This document shows, one piece after another, positions 9,085 through 20,693 of a DNA stretch of 64,000 nucleotides. A program made the position numbers and the translations under genes. The notes beneath the pieces are model-generated. The model was not told where the DNA came from, did no database searches, and saw nothing but the letters and a program-made list of their open reading frames with translations. The DNA is from Ottowia testudinis (GTDB taxonomy: Bacteria; Pseudomonadota; Gammaproteobacteria; Burkholderiales; Burkholderiaceae_C). Where the stretch lies: positions 4,098,041 through 4,162,040 of the forward strand of contig NZ_CP071796.1 in NCBI RefSeq assembly GCF_017498525.1, given 5' to 3'. Each line of letters begins with the position of its first letter. The stretch's first letter is position 1.

Positions 9085-9762
9085 CCACCGCGCCGGCAAT
9101 GTCTTGAGCAACACCAGCCGGCGCTCCCGTTGCGCGACGTAGCCACCATGCTCCAGGTCTTTCAGCAGCCGGCTGACCATCTCGCGCGAGCAGGCCAGGT
9201 GGTGGGCGATTTGCTGGTGGGTCAGGCGTTCGCGCAGCGGGCGCGCGCCATTGGCATCGGGCGGATCGGCCAGTTGGTCGAGCAGCCGGGTAAGGCGCCC
9301 GTAGACATCAACCAGCGCCATGCTGCGCGCGTTTTCTGTCGCCATGCGGGCGCGGCGGATCAGGCGCGCCATCAGCTCCAGCGCGAAGGCGGGCTGCTCG
9401 GCGATGTAGGCCAGCAGGTCGTCGCGCTGGATCAGGGCGCAGACGGTGGGCTCGACCGCTTCGACGCTGGCCGAGCGCGGGCCGCCGTCGAGCGACATTT
9501 CGCCCACGTACTCGCCGGGGCCGTACAGGCCGAGTGTCAGCTCCTTGCCGCCCGCGTCGGCGACGAAGGCGCGCAGACGCCCCGAGCGGACGATGTAGAG
9601 CGTGTCGCCCCGCTCGCCATCCTGGATGATGAGGGTGCCGCGCCGATAGCGGCGTTCGGCCCCGCGGCCGGCCAGCGCCTCGACGTGGGCGGACACGGCG
9701 GACAACGGCGGCAAGGTGGCGCCTTGGGTGGGGGAGCGCAGGCCGTCATCGGCGGGGGGCAT
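9082..9762 (-). CDS. Crp/Fnr-family transcriptional regulator (cNMP-binding + helix-turn-helix)
   Basis: cNMP-binding beta-roll (IIQDGERGDTLYIVRSGRLRAFV...GPGEYVGEMSL) and C-terminal helix-turn-helix (LTHQQIAHHLACSREMVSRLLKDLE). Confidence 0.85.
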   Translation of the reverse strand: MPPADDGLRSPTQGATLPPLSAVSAHVEALAGRGAERRYRRGTLIIQDGERGDTLYIVRSGRLRAFVADAGGKELTLGLYGPGEYVGEMSLDGGPRSASVEAVEPTVCALIQRDDLLAYIAEQPAFALELMARLIRRARMATENARSMALVDVYGRLTRLLDQLADPPDANGARPLRERLTHQQIAHHLACSREMVSRLLKDLEHGGYVAQRERRLVLLKTLPARW

Positions 9763-9768
9763 GCCCCA

Positions 9769-10467
9769 TCATACAAATTGAAACGCTCCCGGCGCCGACG
9801 GCCGCGGAACGCTGCCGTTGCCGCGCAAGGCCGGCACCACTGGCGGCAGCGACAGCACGCGCTGCACCAGCTGGCGGATGCCGCCGGCGCCGGTCTTGTC
9901 GCGCAGCGAACGCACCTGGGTGCGCACGGTGGATTCGGCCACGCCGTGCTGCACGGCAATTTCGTCGACATCGCGGCCGTCGCACAGCGCGCGCAGCACG
10001 GATTCCTCGGTCGGCGTCAGGCTGTGTTCGCGGGCAAACATTTGCAGCGCCAGGTTGTCGCCGGCGCGCTGGCGCGCCATGACGAGCAGCACGCTGGTGG
10101 ACGGCCCCTCGAGCGCGTGGACGAGCGGAATCACCGCCAGCGGCATGCTGTGTTCGCCGTGCGACAGATACAGCAGGCGCCGGCGGCCTTGCACGGCACC
10201 GTGGATGGCGGCCATGAGCTGCTCGGTCTGCGAGACGGCGCAGGCGGCGACCTGGCCGTCGGCAACGCACGTCAGCAGGCGGCCGTTGGACAGTTCGTAG
10301 CGCGCCAAGTGGTTGGCGTGCTGCACCCGGCCCTGCGCATTGACCAGTACCAGCCCGTAGTCGATCTCGTCCAGCAACCGCAGCAAAAAGCCGGGGTGCA
10401 GGCCGTCGGCCTTTGCGGTCTCCACGGGCGCCTGGCTTCTCTCCCTGAATGTAGCGACAGCTTGCAT
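9769..10467 (-). CDS. LuxR-family transcriptional regulator (C-terminal helix-turn-helix LuxR, N-terminal sensory domain)
   Basis: LTPTEESVLRALCDGRDVDEIAVQHGVAESTVRTQVRSLRDKTG. The start is chosen at the ATG preceded by GGAGGA; in-frame starts exist upstream to 10539. Confidence 0.75.
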   Translation of the reverse strand: MQAVATFRERSQAPVETAKADGLHPGFLLRLLDEIDYGLVLVNAQGRVQHANHLARYELSNGRLLTCVADGQVAACAVSQTEQLMAAIHGAVQGRRRLLYLSHGEHSMPLAVIPLVHALEGPSTSVLLVMARQRAGDNLALQMFAREHSLTPTEESVLRALCDGRDVDEIAVQHGVAESTVRTQVRSLRDKTGAGGIRQLVQRVLSLPPVVPALRGNGSVPRPSAPGAFQFV

Positions 10468-10625
10468 TTCGTCCTCCAATTCGTGGCACGTCATGCAGGG
10501 CAGTCTAGGGATGCGCGCGCTCGGGCACCAGTGACGCACTCACACCCGGTTTGTGATCCATTCACAGGGCCGCCGGGGCGGGCAAAGCGTGTCAAGCGCC
10601 CACGGCACTGGACGAAAACCGCTGC

Positions 10626-11276
10626 TCAGCCGCCGCGCACAAAGGGGTTGTGGCGCCGCTCTTCGCCGAAGCTGCTTTCCGGCCCGTGGCCGGGGATGAA
10701 CACGGTGTCATCGCCCATCGGCCACAGCCGCTCGCGGATGCTGGCGATCAGCTCGGCATGGTTGCCGCCCGGAAAGTCGGTGCGGCCGATGCTGCCGGCG
10801 AACAGCACGTCGCCCACGAAAGCGCGCAGCGCCTCGGGCGAGTGAAACACCACGTGGCCCGGCGTGTGGCCGGGGCAGTGGCGCACGTTGAGCACGCAAT
10901 GGCCGACCTGCACCGTGTCGCCGTCGTGCAGCCAGCGTGTGGGCGTGAACTTGGCCACGGACGGAAAGCCGAACATGCGGCCCTGCTCGGCCAGGCCGTC
11001 GATCCAGAACTGGTCGCCCGGGTGCGGGCCAATGATGGGCAGGCCCAGCCGCTCGCTCAGCTCGGCCGTGCCGCCAGCGTGGTCGATGTGGGCGTGGGTC
11101 AGCCAGATCTGCTCCAGCTGAACGCCCTGCGCCTTGGCCGCCGCCTCCAGCCGGGGTAAGTCGCCCCCTGGGTCGATGACGGCGGCCTTCATCGTGGACG
11201 GGCACCAGACGATGGAACTGTTCTGAGCGAAGGCGGTGACGGGCACCGTGACGTAGTGCAGATGGGGTTCGGTCAT
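10626..11276 (-). CDS. MBL-fold metallo-hydrolase (glyoxalase II-like)
   Basis: THAHIDHAGG metal-binding motif; later H and D residues are conserved. Confidence 0.85.
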   Translation of the reverse strand: MTEPHLHYVTVPVTAFAQNSSIVWCPSTMKAAVIDPGGDLPRLEAAAKAQGVQLEQIWLTHAHIDHAGGTAELSERLGLPIIGPHPGDQFWIDGLAEQGRMFGFPSVAKFTPTRWLHDGDTVQVGHCVLNVRHCPGHTPGHVVFHSPEALRAFVGDVLFAGSIGRTDFPGGNHAELIASIRERLWPMGDDTVFIPGHGPESSFGEERRHNPFVRGG

Positions 11277-11375
11277 TTAAAGATGATGTCACCAAAGCCC
11301 GGGGTCAGCGCGCGCCGGCCCGGGCAGACAAGGTGGAGTCAGCCGTCAGCAACAGCAGGGCGAGCGCGGCCGATC

Positions 11376-11759
11376 TCACCGCGCCTTCTTGGCGGCGGCC
11401 TTGGCGGCGGCTTCCAGCTGTTCGCCCATGGCCTTCAGGCCCGCGCACTGCTTGTCGCGCTCGGCCTTGCTGGCCGCTGTGCCGCGCGCCATCACCTTCT
11501 GGTAGGACTGATCGAACTCGGTGTCGAACTCGCTGGCGCTGACGCAGGGAAAGTTGTGAGTGGCGCGCTCCTTGGTCTTGGCGCGCTGCTGGGCAATGAC
11601 CGGCTCGCTGGTGTTGTCGCACAGCCGGCTCATGGCCGCCATGGCGCCGGCCAGCTGAACGGCGGGCAGCCCGACCTGCTTCATGCATTGCTGCGCCTGC
11701 GCCGGTGAAACGCAGGCCAACGCGGCGGTCAGGACGACGAGGGGAGAAAGTTTCAGCAT
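11376..11759 (-). CDS. Secreted hypothetical protein (127 aa, signal peptide, 4 Cys)
   Basis: MLKLSPLVVLTAALACVSPAQAQ signal peptide. AAGGAG Shine-Dalgarno. Lys/Ala-rich C-terminus. Confidence 0.5.
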   Translation of the reverse strand: MLKLSPLVVLTAALACVSPAQAQQCMKQVGLPAVQLAGAMAAMSRLCDNTSEPVIAQQRAKTKERATHNFPCVSASEFDTEFDQSYQKVMARGTAASKAERDKQCAGLKAMGEQLEAAAKAAAKKAR

Positions 11760-11940
11760 GACGACTCCTTGGGGCGCACCGCGGCGGGTGCCAAGGGCAG
11801 CCAGCCTATCACCGTGCCACGGCAGGCCGATGACGGCGCGGCGCGGGCGCCGACCATGGCGGCCCAGAAGCATTATCATGATTCAAATGCCGCGCGAGCC
11901 TCGTTGAATTCAGCGCCTGCAGCTATCAAATTTGAATCAT

Positions 11941-12735
11941 TCAGATGCTGAAGTCGTAGTCCACCGTGATCGGCGCGTGGTCGCTGAACTTCTGGTCCTT
12001 GTAGATCGCGGTGTGGCGCGCCAGCGCGGCGATGGCGGGCGTGGCCAGGTGGTAGTCGAGCCGCCAGCCGACGTTCTTGGCGTAGGCCTGGCCGCGGTTG
12101 CTCCACCAGGTGTAGGCCTCGCCGGTGGCCTCGGGGTGCAGGCGGCGGTACACGTCCACCAGCTCCAGCTCGTCGATCACGCGGGTGACCCAGGCGCGCT
12201 CTTCGGGCAGAAAGCCGCTGTTCTTCTGGTTGCTCTTCCAGTTCTTCAGGTCGATCTCTTGGTGCGCCACGTTCACGTCGCCGCACAGCACGAAGTCGCG
12301 CTCGGCCTTCAGGCGGTGCAGTACGGGGTAGAACTCGGCCAGAAAGCGGTACTTGGCCTCTTGCCGCTCGGGGCCGGACGAGCCGCTGGGAAAGTAGCAG
12401 CTGATGACGGAAAACTTCCGCTGGGGCGTGTCAAAGCGCGCTTCAAGGTAGCGCCCCTCCTCGTCGAACTCGGGTGAGCCGTAGCCCGCGATCACCTCGC
12501 TGGGCTCGTGCCGCGTGTAGATGCCCACACCCGAATAGCCCTTCTTCGCCGTCGCCAGGTGAAAATGCCCGCGCATGCCGGCCAGAATCTCGAAGCGGCC
12601 TTCGATGTCGGCATGCTGGGCCTTGATTTCCTGCACGCAAATACAATCCGGCGCGTGCTGCTCCAGCCACGTTTCCACGCCCTTGGTGGCGGCTGAGCGG
12701 ATGCCGTTCAGGTTCAGGCTGGTCAGTTTGAACAA
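11941..12735 (-). CDS. xth: Exodeoxyribonuclease III (Xth)
   Basis: FKLTSLNLNGIRS...DCICVQEIK...VNVAHQEIDLKN...SDHAPITVDY. There is no in-frame ATG near the conserved N-terminus, so a TTG start (complement 12733-12735) after AAGGAA is proposed. Confidence 0.8.
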   Translation of the reverse strand: MFKLTSLNLNGIRSAATKGVETWLEQHAPDCICVQEIKAQHADIEGRFEILAGMRGHFHLATAKKGYSGVGIYTRHEPSEVIAGYGSPEFDEEGRYLEARFDTPQRKFSVISCYFPSGSSGPERQEAKYRFLAEFYPVLHRLKAERDFVLCGDVNVAHQEIDLKNWKSNQKNSGFLPEERAWVTRVIDELELVDVYRRLHPEATGEAYTWWSNRGQAYAKNVGWRLDYHLATPAIAALARHTAIYKDQKFSDHAPITVDYDFSI

Positions 12736-12750
12736 CGGGAGGGTTCCTTC

Positions 12751-13434
12751 ATGAGCACATCTGCCGCCACGACAGACCGTGATGCGCTGGCGCGCGAGTT
12801 CGTGCAGTTCGCCATCGACGCGGGCGTGCTGCGCTTTGGCGAGTTCAAGACCAAGGCGGGGCGGCTGTCGCCCTACTTCTTCAACGCCGGCCTGTTCGAC
12901 GACGGCGCCAAGCTGGCGCGCCTGTCCCAATTCTATGCACGGGCGATCCTGGCCTCGGGCGTCGAGTTCGACGTCATCTTCGGGCCAGCGTACAAGGGCA
13001 TCCCCCTGGGTGCGGGGGTCGCGATCGAACTGGCGCGGCTAGGATTAGCGAAACCATTTGCTTACAACCGAAAGGAAGCCAAGGACCATGGCGAGGGCGG
13101 CATGCTGGTGGGCGCGCCGTTGCGTGGCCGGGTGTTGATCGTGGACGACGTGATCTCCGCTGGTACCGCCGTGCGCGAGTCGATCGCGCTGATCGAGGCA
13201 GCCGGCGCCACGCCGCACGCCGTGGTCATTGCACTCGACCGGCAGGAGATGGCGACCGAGAACGGCGCCGATGTTTCCTGGTCAGCCGTGCAATATGTCC
13301 GCGATCGGCTGGGTCTGCAGGTGGTTTCCATCGCCAATCTGGCGCAGTTATTGCAGCACCTCGGTCAAAGTGACATTTTTTTGCCGTACTTTGAAGCCGT
13401 GTCGACCTATCGGGGGCGCTACGGCGTTGAGTGA
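12751..13434 (+). CDS. pyrE: Orotate phosphoribosyltransferase
   Basis: FGEFKTKAGRLSPYFFNAGLF...VLIVDDVISAGTAVRES PRPP-binding motif. Confidence 0.9.
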   Translation: MSTSAATTDRDALAREFVQFAIDAGVLRFGEFKTKAGRLSPYFFNAGLFDDGAKLARLSQFYARAILASGVEFDVIFGPAYKGIPLGAGVAIELARLGLAKPFAYNRKEAKDHGEGGMLVGAPLRGRVLIVDDVISAGTAVRESIALIEAAGATPHAVVIALDRQEMATENGADVSWSAVQYVRDRLGLQVVSIANLAQLLQHLGQSDIFLPYFEAVSTYRGRYGVE

Positions 13435-14126
13435 GTGACATGAACCGCCTGCTGCCCCGTTTTGCCATAGCCCCTTCAGCGAGCGCTGTGCGCGGGCTGA
13501 CGGCCGCATGCGTGCTGGCGGTCAGCGGCGGCGCGGCGCTGGCGCAAAGCATCTACACCTGTGTGGACGCCCAGGGCCGGCGCCTGACATCCGACCGCCC
13601 GATCATGGCGTGCATCGACCGCGAGCAGCGTGAACTCAACAGCAGCGGCACCACGCGCCGGGTGATTCAGCCCACGATGACCGCCGCCGAGCGCGAGGCG
13701 CGCGACGCCCGCGAGCGCGATGCGGCAATAGAGCGCCAACGCGCGCAGAACATGGTCCGGCGCGACCAGGCGCTGGCCACGCGCTACCCCGACAAAGCCG
13801 CGCACGACGCTGGCCGCAAGGAAGCACTGGCGCAAACGCAAAGCGTGGTCGACGCCGCCAATGCCCGCATCGCCGAGCTGCTGGCCGAACGCAAAACCTT
13901 GGACGAAGAGATGGAGTTCTACAAAAAGGACCGCTCGAAAGCGCCCGCCAAGCTGCGCCGCGGCATCGAGGACAACGCGCAGGCCGTGGAAGCGCAGCAA
14001 CGCGCCATCGCCGGCCAGCAGGACGAGCGCAATCGCATCAACGCCCGCTTCGACGAGGAAGCCGCGCGCTTGAAACCCCTGTGGCAGGCCAAGGCGGCCG
14101 ACGCCGCGACCGCCGTCAAGCGCTGA
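13431..14126 (+). CDS. DUF4124-like secreted protein with charged coiled-coil C-terminus
   Basis: Signal-like N-terminus, then SIYTCVDAQGRRLTSDRPI (DUF4124-type motif), then an Arg/Glu/Ala-rich helical region. An alternative start is at 13440. Confidence 0.6.
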   Translation: MSDMNRLLPRFAIAPSASAVRGLTAACVLAVSGGAALAQSIYTCVDAQGRRLTSDRPIMACIDREQRELNSSGTTRRVIQPTMTAAEREARDARERDAAIERQRAQNMVRRDQALATRYPDKAAHDAGRKEALAQTQSVVDAANARIAELLAERKTLDEEMEFYKKDRSKAPAKLRRGIEDNAQAVEAQQRAIAGQQDERNRINARFDEEAARLKPLWQAKAADAATAVKR

Positions 14127-14192
14127 TTTTTCAACAAAATCAGCTGCCAGCGCTTATCAGGCAAGCGCAGGAAGCTCATAAAAATATAGCAA

Positions 14193-14195
<3 letters not shown>
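14124..14195. repeat. Family A repeat with AT hairpin flank (GATTTTTCAACAAAATC + AGCTGCCAGCGCTTATCAGGCAAGCGCAGGAAGCT + CATAAAAATATAGCAATCA)
   Basis: It overlaps the stop codons of both convergent genes: the DUF4124 TGA and the gatB TGA. Confidence 0.75.
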
Positions 14196-15644
<1,449 letters not shown>

Positions 15645-15645
15645 A

Positions 15646-17109
15646 TCAAAAGCCCTTCGGTGCGCGGAGGTGGAAGTCGGTGGCCTGCTGCAACTGGTGG
15701 GCCACGTTCAGCAGCTTCGACTCTTGCAGGTAATTGCCGATCAGTTGCAGGCCCACCGGCATGCCGTGCGCGCCAAAGCCCGCCGGCACGCTCATGGCGG
15801 GCAGGCCGGCGAGCGAGGCCGACAGCGTGTAGATGTCGGCCAGGTAGTCGGCCAGCGGATCGTCGGCACATTCGCCGATGCAGCGCGCCACCGTAGGCGC
15901 CACGGGGCCGGCGATGACGTCGCATTGCTGAAAGGCGCGCTGCAAGTCGTCGGCGATCATGCGGCGCACCTTTTGTGCCTGCAGGTAATAGGCGTCGTAG
16001 TAGCCGTGGCTGAGCACATAGGTGCCGGTCATGATGCGGCGCTTGACCTCGTCGCCGAAGCCTTCGCCACGGGTCTTCTTGTACATGTCCTCCAGGTCGG
16101 TGTAGTCCTTGGCGCGGTGGCCAAAGGTCACGCCGTCGAAGCGCGCCAGGTTGGAGCTGGCCTCGGCCGGGCTGAGGATGTAGTAGACGGGGATCGACAG
16201 CTCGGTGCGCGGCAGCGAAATCTCGACCAGCCGGGCGCCAAGCTTTTGCAGCTCGGCCAGCGCGGCATCGACGGCGGCGCGCACATCGGGCGCCAAGCCA
16301 TCACTGATGAACTCTTTCGGCACGCCGATGCGCAGGCCGTCCAGGCGGTCGTTCAGCGCGCGGCTGAAGTCTTCTGCCGGCACGTCGAGCGAGGTGGAAT
16401 CGCGGTCCAGGTCTGGCCCGCACAGGGCGGACAGCAGCAGCGCGCAATCCTCGGCCGTGCGCGCCATCGGCCCGGCCTGATCGAGGCTGGAGGCGTAGGC
16501 GATCAGCCCAAAGCGGCTGGCGCGGCCATAGGTGGGCTTGATACCCGTCAGGTTGCAGAAGCTCGACGGCTGGCGGATCGAGCCGCCGGTGTCGGTGCCG
16601 GTGGCCGCCGGTGTCAGCCGCGCGGCCAGCGCCGCCGCGCTGCCGCCCGACGAGCCGCCGGGCACGCGCGTGGTGTCCCAGGGGTTGCGCACCTGTCCGT
16701 AGGCCGAGGTCTCGTTGGCCGAGCCCATGGCGAACTCGTCGCAGTTGAGCTTTCCGAGGCAAACCATACCCGAGTCGCTGAGTTTTCTCGTCACCGTGCT
16801 CTCGAAAGGCGAGCGATAGCCCTGGAGCATCCGGGAACCGGCGGTGGTCGAGAAGTCGGCGGTGACGAACACGTCCTTGTGCGCGACGGGCACACCCAGC
16901 AGCGGCGACGCATCGCCCCGCGCCAGCCGCGCATCGGCGGCGCGGGCCTGTGCCAGGGTCACGGCTTCGTCCTGCGCCAGAAAGGCGCCCAGCGAAGCGT
17001 GTTCCTTGGCACGCGCCAGAAAGTGATGGGCGGCCTCGACCGCCGAGACCTCGCGCGCCTTCAGCTTGGTGGCGAGCTGCGCCACCGTCAGATCATGCAA
17101 ATCGCTCAT
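15646..17109 (-). CDS. gatA: Glutamyl-tRNA(Gln) amidotransferase subunit A
   Basis: Amidase signature [10 protein letters not shown]. Overlaps gatC by 4 bp. Confidence 0.95.
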   Translation of the reverse strand: MSDLHDLTVAQLATKLKAREVSAVEAAHHFLARAKEHASLGAFLAQDEAVTLAQARAADARLARGDASPLLGVPVAHKDVFVTADFSTTAGSRMLQGYRSPFESTVTRKLSDSGMVCLGKLNCDEFAMGSANETSAYGQVRNPWDTTRVPGGSSGGSAAALAARLTPAATGTDTGGSIRQPSSFCNLTGIKPTYGRASRFGLIAYASSLDQAGPMARTAEDCALLLSALCGPDLDRDSTSLDVPAEDFSRALNDRLDGLRIGVPKEFISDGLAPDVRAAVDAALAELQKLGARLVEISLPRTELSIPVYYILSPAEASSNLARFDGVTFGHRAKDYTDLEDMYKKTRGEGFGDEVKRRIMTGTYVLSHGYYDAYYLQAQKVRRMIADDLQRAFQQCDVIAGPVAPTVARCIGECADDPLADYLADIYTLSASLAGLPAMSVPAGFGAHGMPVGLQLIGNYLQESKLLNVAHQLQQATDFHLRAPKGF

Positions 17110-17405
17110 TCGACCACCCGTGGCACGAGGTACAGGCCATCTTCCACCGCCGGCGCGCTGCGCTGGTTGGCTTCGCGCGCATCGGGCTCGCTGGCGACGT
17201 CATCGCGCAGCCGCAGGGCGACGTCCTGGATGGCGGCATAGGGATGCGGCAGCGGCTCGACGCCCTGGGTGTCGACGGCGCACATCGTCTCGACGATGCC
17301 GAAGAAGTCGTTCAGGCGGGTGAGCATCCGCTCACTCTGCTCGGGGTTGAGTTCCAGCCGCGCCAGGTGCGCGATGCGGCCGATGTCGTCGTATGTCAAA
17401 GCCAT
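17106..17405 (-). CDS. gatC: Glu-tRNA(Gln) amidotransferase subunit C
   Basis: [23 protein letters not shown]; 99 aa. Confidence 0.9.
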   Translation of the reverse strand: MALTYDDIGRIAHLARLELNPEQSERMLTRLNDFFGIVETMCAVDTQGVEPLPHPYAAIQDVALRLRDDVASEPDAREANQRSAPAVEDGLYLVPRVVE

Positions 17406-17545
17406 GGAAAAGCTGGTCGAAACCAGATGTAAATTTGAACTTTTGGCCTCACGGCCCGCAGGGCGGCGAAAGAGTGATGCGTTATTATCCTGCGTTTAGT
17501 GCAACGGCCCGGAAACGGGCCGTATTTGCACGAAATCACGCCTAA

Positions 17546-18760
<1,215 letters not shown>

Positions 18761-18924
18761 GACGGCTTGCTGCGCAGCCTGGGGGTCTTCTCCCTCTCCC
18801 GCTGGCGGGGAAGGGTTGGGGTGAGGGGGACACTTCAGCCAGAAGCCTTTCAGCGCACACGCATTCAGCGGACAATGCTCTTGTTTTGGTAGTAAATTCG
18901 CCCGTGCCGCACCGCTGATCCGCC

Positions 18925-19917
18925 ATGCCGCTCGAAACGCTTGACCGCTCTCCGCCGCCCTTCTTCAAGCAAGGGCCGTCGGCGCTGTCGCGGCTGCTGG
19001 TGCTGAGCGCGCTGGCGTTGTTTCTGATGGTGGCGGACGCGCGGTTTCACATCGTGCAGCCGTTGCGCGCGGCCATTGCCACGGTGCTTTACCCGGCGCA
19101 ATGGCTGGCGCTGCAGCCTGTGCAATGGGCGCAAACCGGCGTCAGCTACCTGACCGAGCTGAAAACCGCCCGCGCCACCGAAGAAGCCGCGCGCCTGAAG
19201 CTGGCCGAGCAATCGCAGCGCGCCGGCCAAGTCGAACAGCTGCTGCAGGAAAACGCCCGTCTGCGTGAGCTGCTGGCGCTGCGCGATCGCGTGCAGGTGC
19301 CCAGCGTCGCGGCGCAGGTGCTGTACGACGCCACCGACCCCTACAGCCGGCGCGTGGTGGTCAGCAAGGGGCAAGTGCAGGGCATCGAGCCCGGCTCGCC
19401 GGTGATGGACGAATCGGGCGTGCTGGGCCAGGTCACGCGCGTGTACCCCTTCGTCAGCGAGATCACGTTGCTGATCGACCGCGACCAGGTGATCCCCGTC
19501 ATGAACGCGCGCACCGGCACGCGCAGCGTGGCCTACGGCGATCCGTCACCACACGGCGGCATGATGGAGCTGCGCTACATGTCGGCCACCGAGGACGTGA
19601 AGGAGGGCGACCTGCTCACCACCAGCGGGGTCGATGGCGTCTACCCGCCGGGCCTGCCAGTGGCGCGCGTGGTGTCGGTCGATCGGCGCGGCGACACCTC
19701 TTTCACCCGCATCCAGTGCCAGCCGCTGGCCAAGCTGCAGGGCGTGACGCACGTGATGGTTCTGGCCCCCATGCAACGCCAGACGCCGGGCGGCGCCGAT
19801 GGCACGCCCACGGCCGCGCGACAGAAGCCGCTGGCGGCGCCGCCGGCATCGGCGCCGGCCGCCAGCGCGGGCGCTGCCCCCAACCGCCGCGCCGCGCGGC
19901 AGGGAGCCCGTCCATGA
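18925..19917 (+). CDS. mreC: Rod shape-determining protein MreC
   Basis: N-terminal transmembrane segment and coiled coil, with a C-terminal Pro/Ala-rich tail. ATGA overlap with mreD. Confidence 0.9.
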   Translation: MPLETLDRSPPPFFKQGPSALSRLLVLSALALFLMVADARFHIVQPLRAAIATVLYPAQWLALQPVQWAQTGVSYLTELKTARATEEAARLKLAEQSQRAGQVEQLLQENARLRELLALRDRVQVPSVAAQVLYDATDPYSRRVVVSKGQVQGIEPGSPVMDESGVLGQVTRVYPFVSEITLLIDRDQVIPVMNARTGTRSVAYGDPSPHGGMMELRYMSATEDVKEGDLLTTSGVDGVYPPGLPVARVVSVDRRGDTSFTRIQCQPLAKLQGVTHVMVLAPMQRQTPGGADGTPTAARQKPLAAPPASAPAASAGAAPNRRAARQGARP

Positions 19918-20432
19918 TCATGCCGCGTGGCCAGCAGCTGCTGCTGCCTGCCAGCCCCACTTTCATCTGGGGCAGCCTGGGGGTGGCGCTGATGCTCAAC
20001 CTGCTGCCGCTCGGGCGTGTGCTGTGGATGCCCGACTTCCTGGCCGTGGCGCTGGTGTTCTGGAACATCCACCAGCCGCGCCGCGTCGGCCTGGTGGCGG
20101 CGTTCGTGTTCGGCCTGCTGCTCGACGTGCACCAGGCCTCGCTGCTGGGCCAGCACGCGCTGGCCTACGCGGTGCTGATTTATTCGGCCATCATGATCCA
20201 CCGGCGCATCCTGTGGTTCTCGGTGCCCGGGCAGGCGCTGCAGCTCTTGCCGCTGTTCGCACTGACGCACGCCATCACCATCGTGCTGCGGCTCATTGGC
20301 GGCGCCGTCTTCCCGGGTTGGCCCGTGCTGCTGGCGCCCGTGCTCGAGGCGGCGCTGTGGCCGCTCGTCAGCGTGCTGCTGCTGGCTCCGCAGCGGCGCG
20401 CGCCCAACCCGGATGCCAACCGGCCGTTATGA
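19914..20432 (+). CDS. mreD: Rod shape-determining protein MreD
   Basis: Polytopic membrane protein in the canonical position after mreC. Confidence 0.85.
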   Translation: MIMPRGQQLLLPASPTFIWGSLGVALMLNLLPLGRVLWMPDFLAVALVFWNIHQPRRVGLVAAFVFGLLLDVHQASLLGQHALAYAVLIYSAIMIHRRILWFSVPGQALQLLPLFALTHAITIVLRLIGGAVFPGWPVLLAPVLEAALWPLVSVLLLAPQRRAPNPDANRPL

Positions 20433-20535
20433 CTTCCCCCCTGAGTCGCCTTCGGCGCCATCCCCCAGGGGACAACGCCAGTGGCCGGGCCAAGCCCGCC
20501 ACGGCGTTCCGGCGTGGCCTGCTCCGCGGCCATTT
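20432..20535 (-). repeat. Family B multi-hairpin repeat, copy B4 (reverse orientation), immediately after the mreD stop
   Basis: The reverse complement reads ATGGCCGCGGAGCAGGCCACGCCGGAACGCCGTGGCGGGCTTGGCCCGGCCACTGGCGTTGTCCCCTGGGGGATGGCGCCGAAGGCGAC. Confidence 0.75.
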
Positions 20536-20607
20536 GGCGGGCTTGCCGCGCAGCCGTTGCGAGCACGCGGCAACTCCGCAGACGGTTTTGACTTGAATCG
20601 TTTGCCA

Positions 20608-20690
20608 ACGATTGTTTCTTGATTGAAAATCGCTGCTGGCGCTTGACTGATAAGCGCGAGCAGCTACTGATTTGATAGTTTTCACGGTTC
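20608..20690. repeat. Family A repeat with AT-rich hairpin arms, upstream of mrdA
   Basis: ACGATTGTTTCTTGATTGAAAAT-CGCTGCTGGCGCTTGACTGATAAGCGCGAGCAGCT-ACTGATTTGATAGTTTTC. Confidence 0.75.
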
Positions 20691-20693
20691 GTC

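Noticed and set aside
8913-9107. 64-aa ORF in the intergenic region between the cyclase gene and the Crp-like gene
   Set aside because: It is entirely covered by a family A repeat and AT-rich flank. There is no Shine-Dalgarno, so it is most likely non-coding.
13040-13080. Low-GC patch inside pyrE (GCGCGGCTAGGATTAGCGAAACCATTTGCTTACAACCGAAAGG) as a possible repeat insertion
   Set aside because: It encodes a conserved PyrE segment (ARLGLAKPFAYNRK). It has no palindromic family A signature and is probably just local codon usage.
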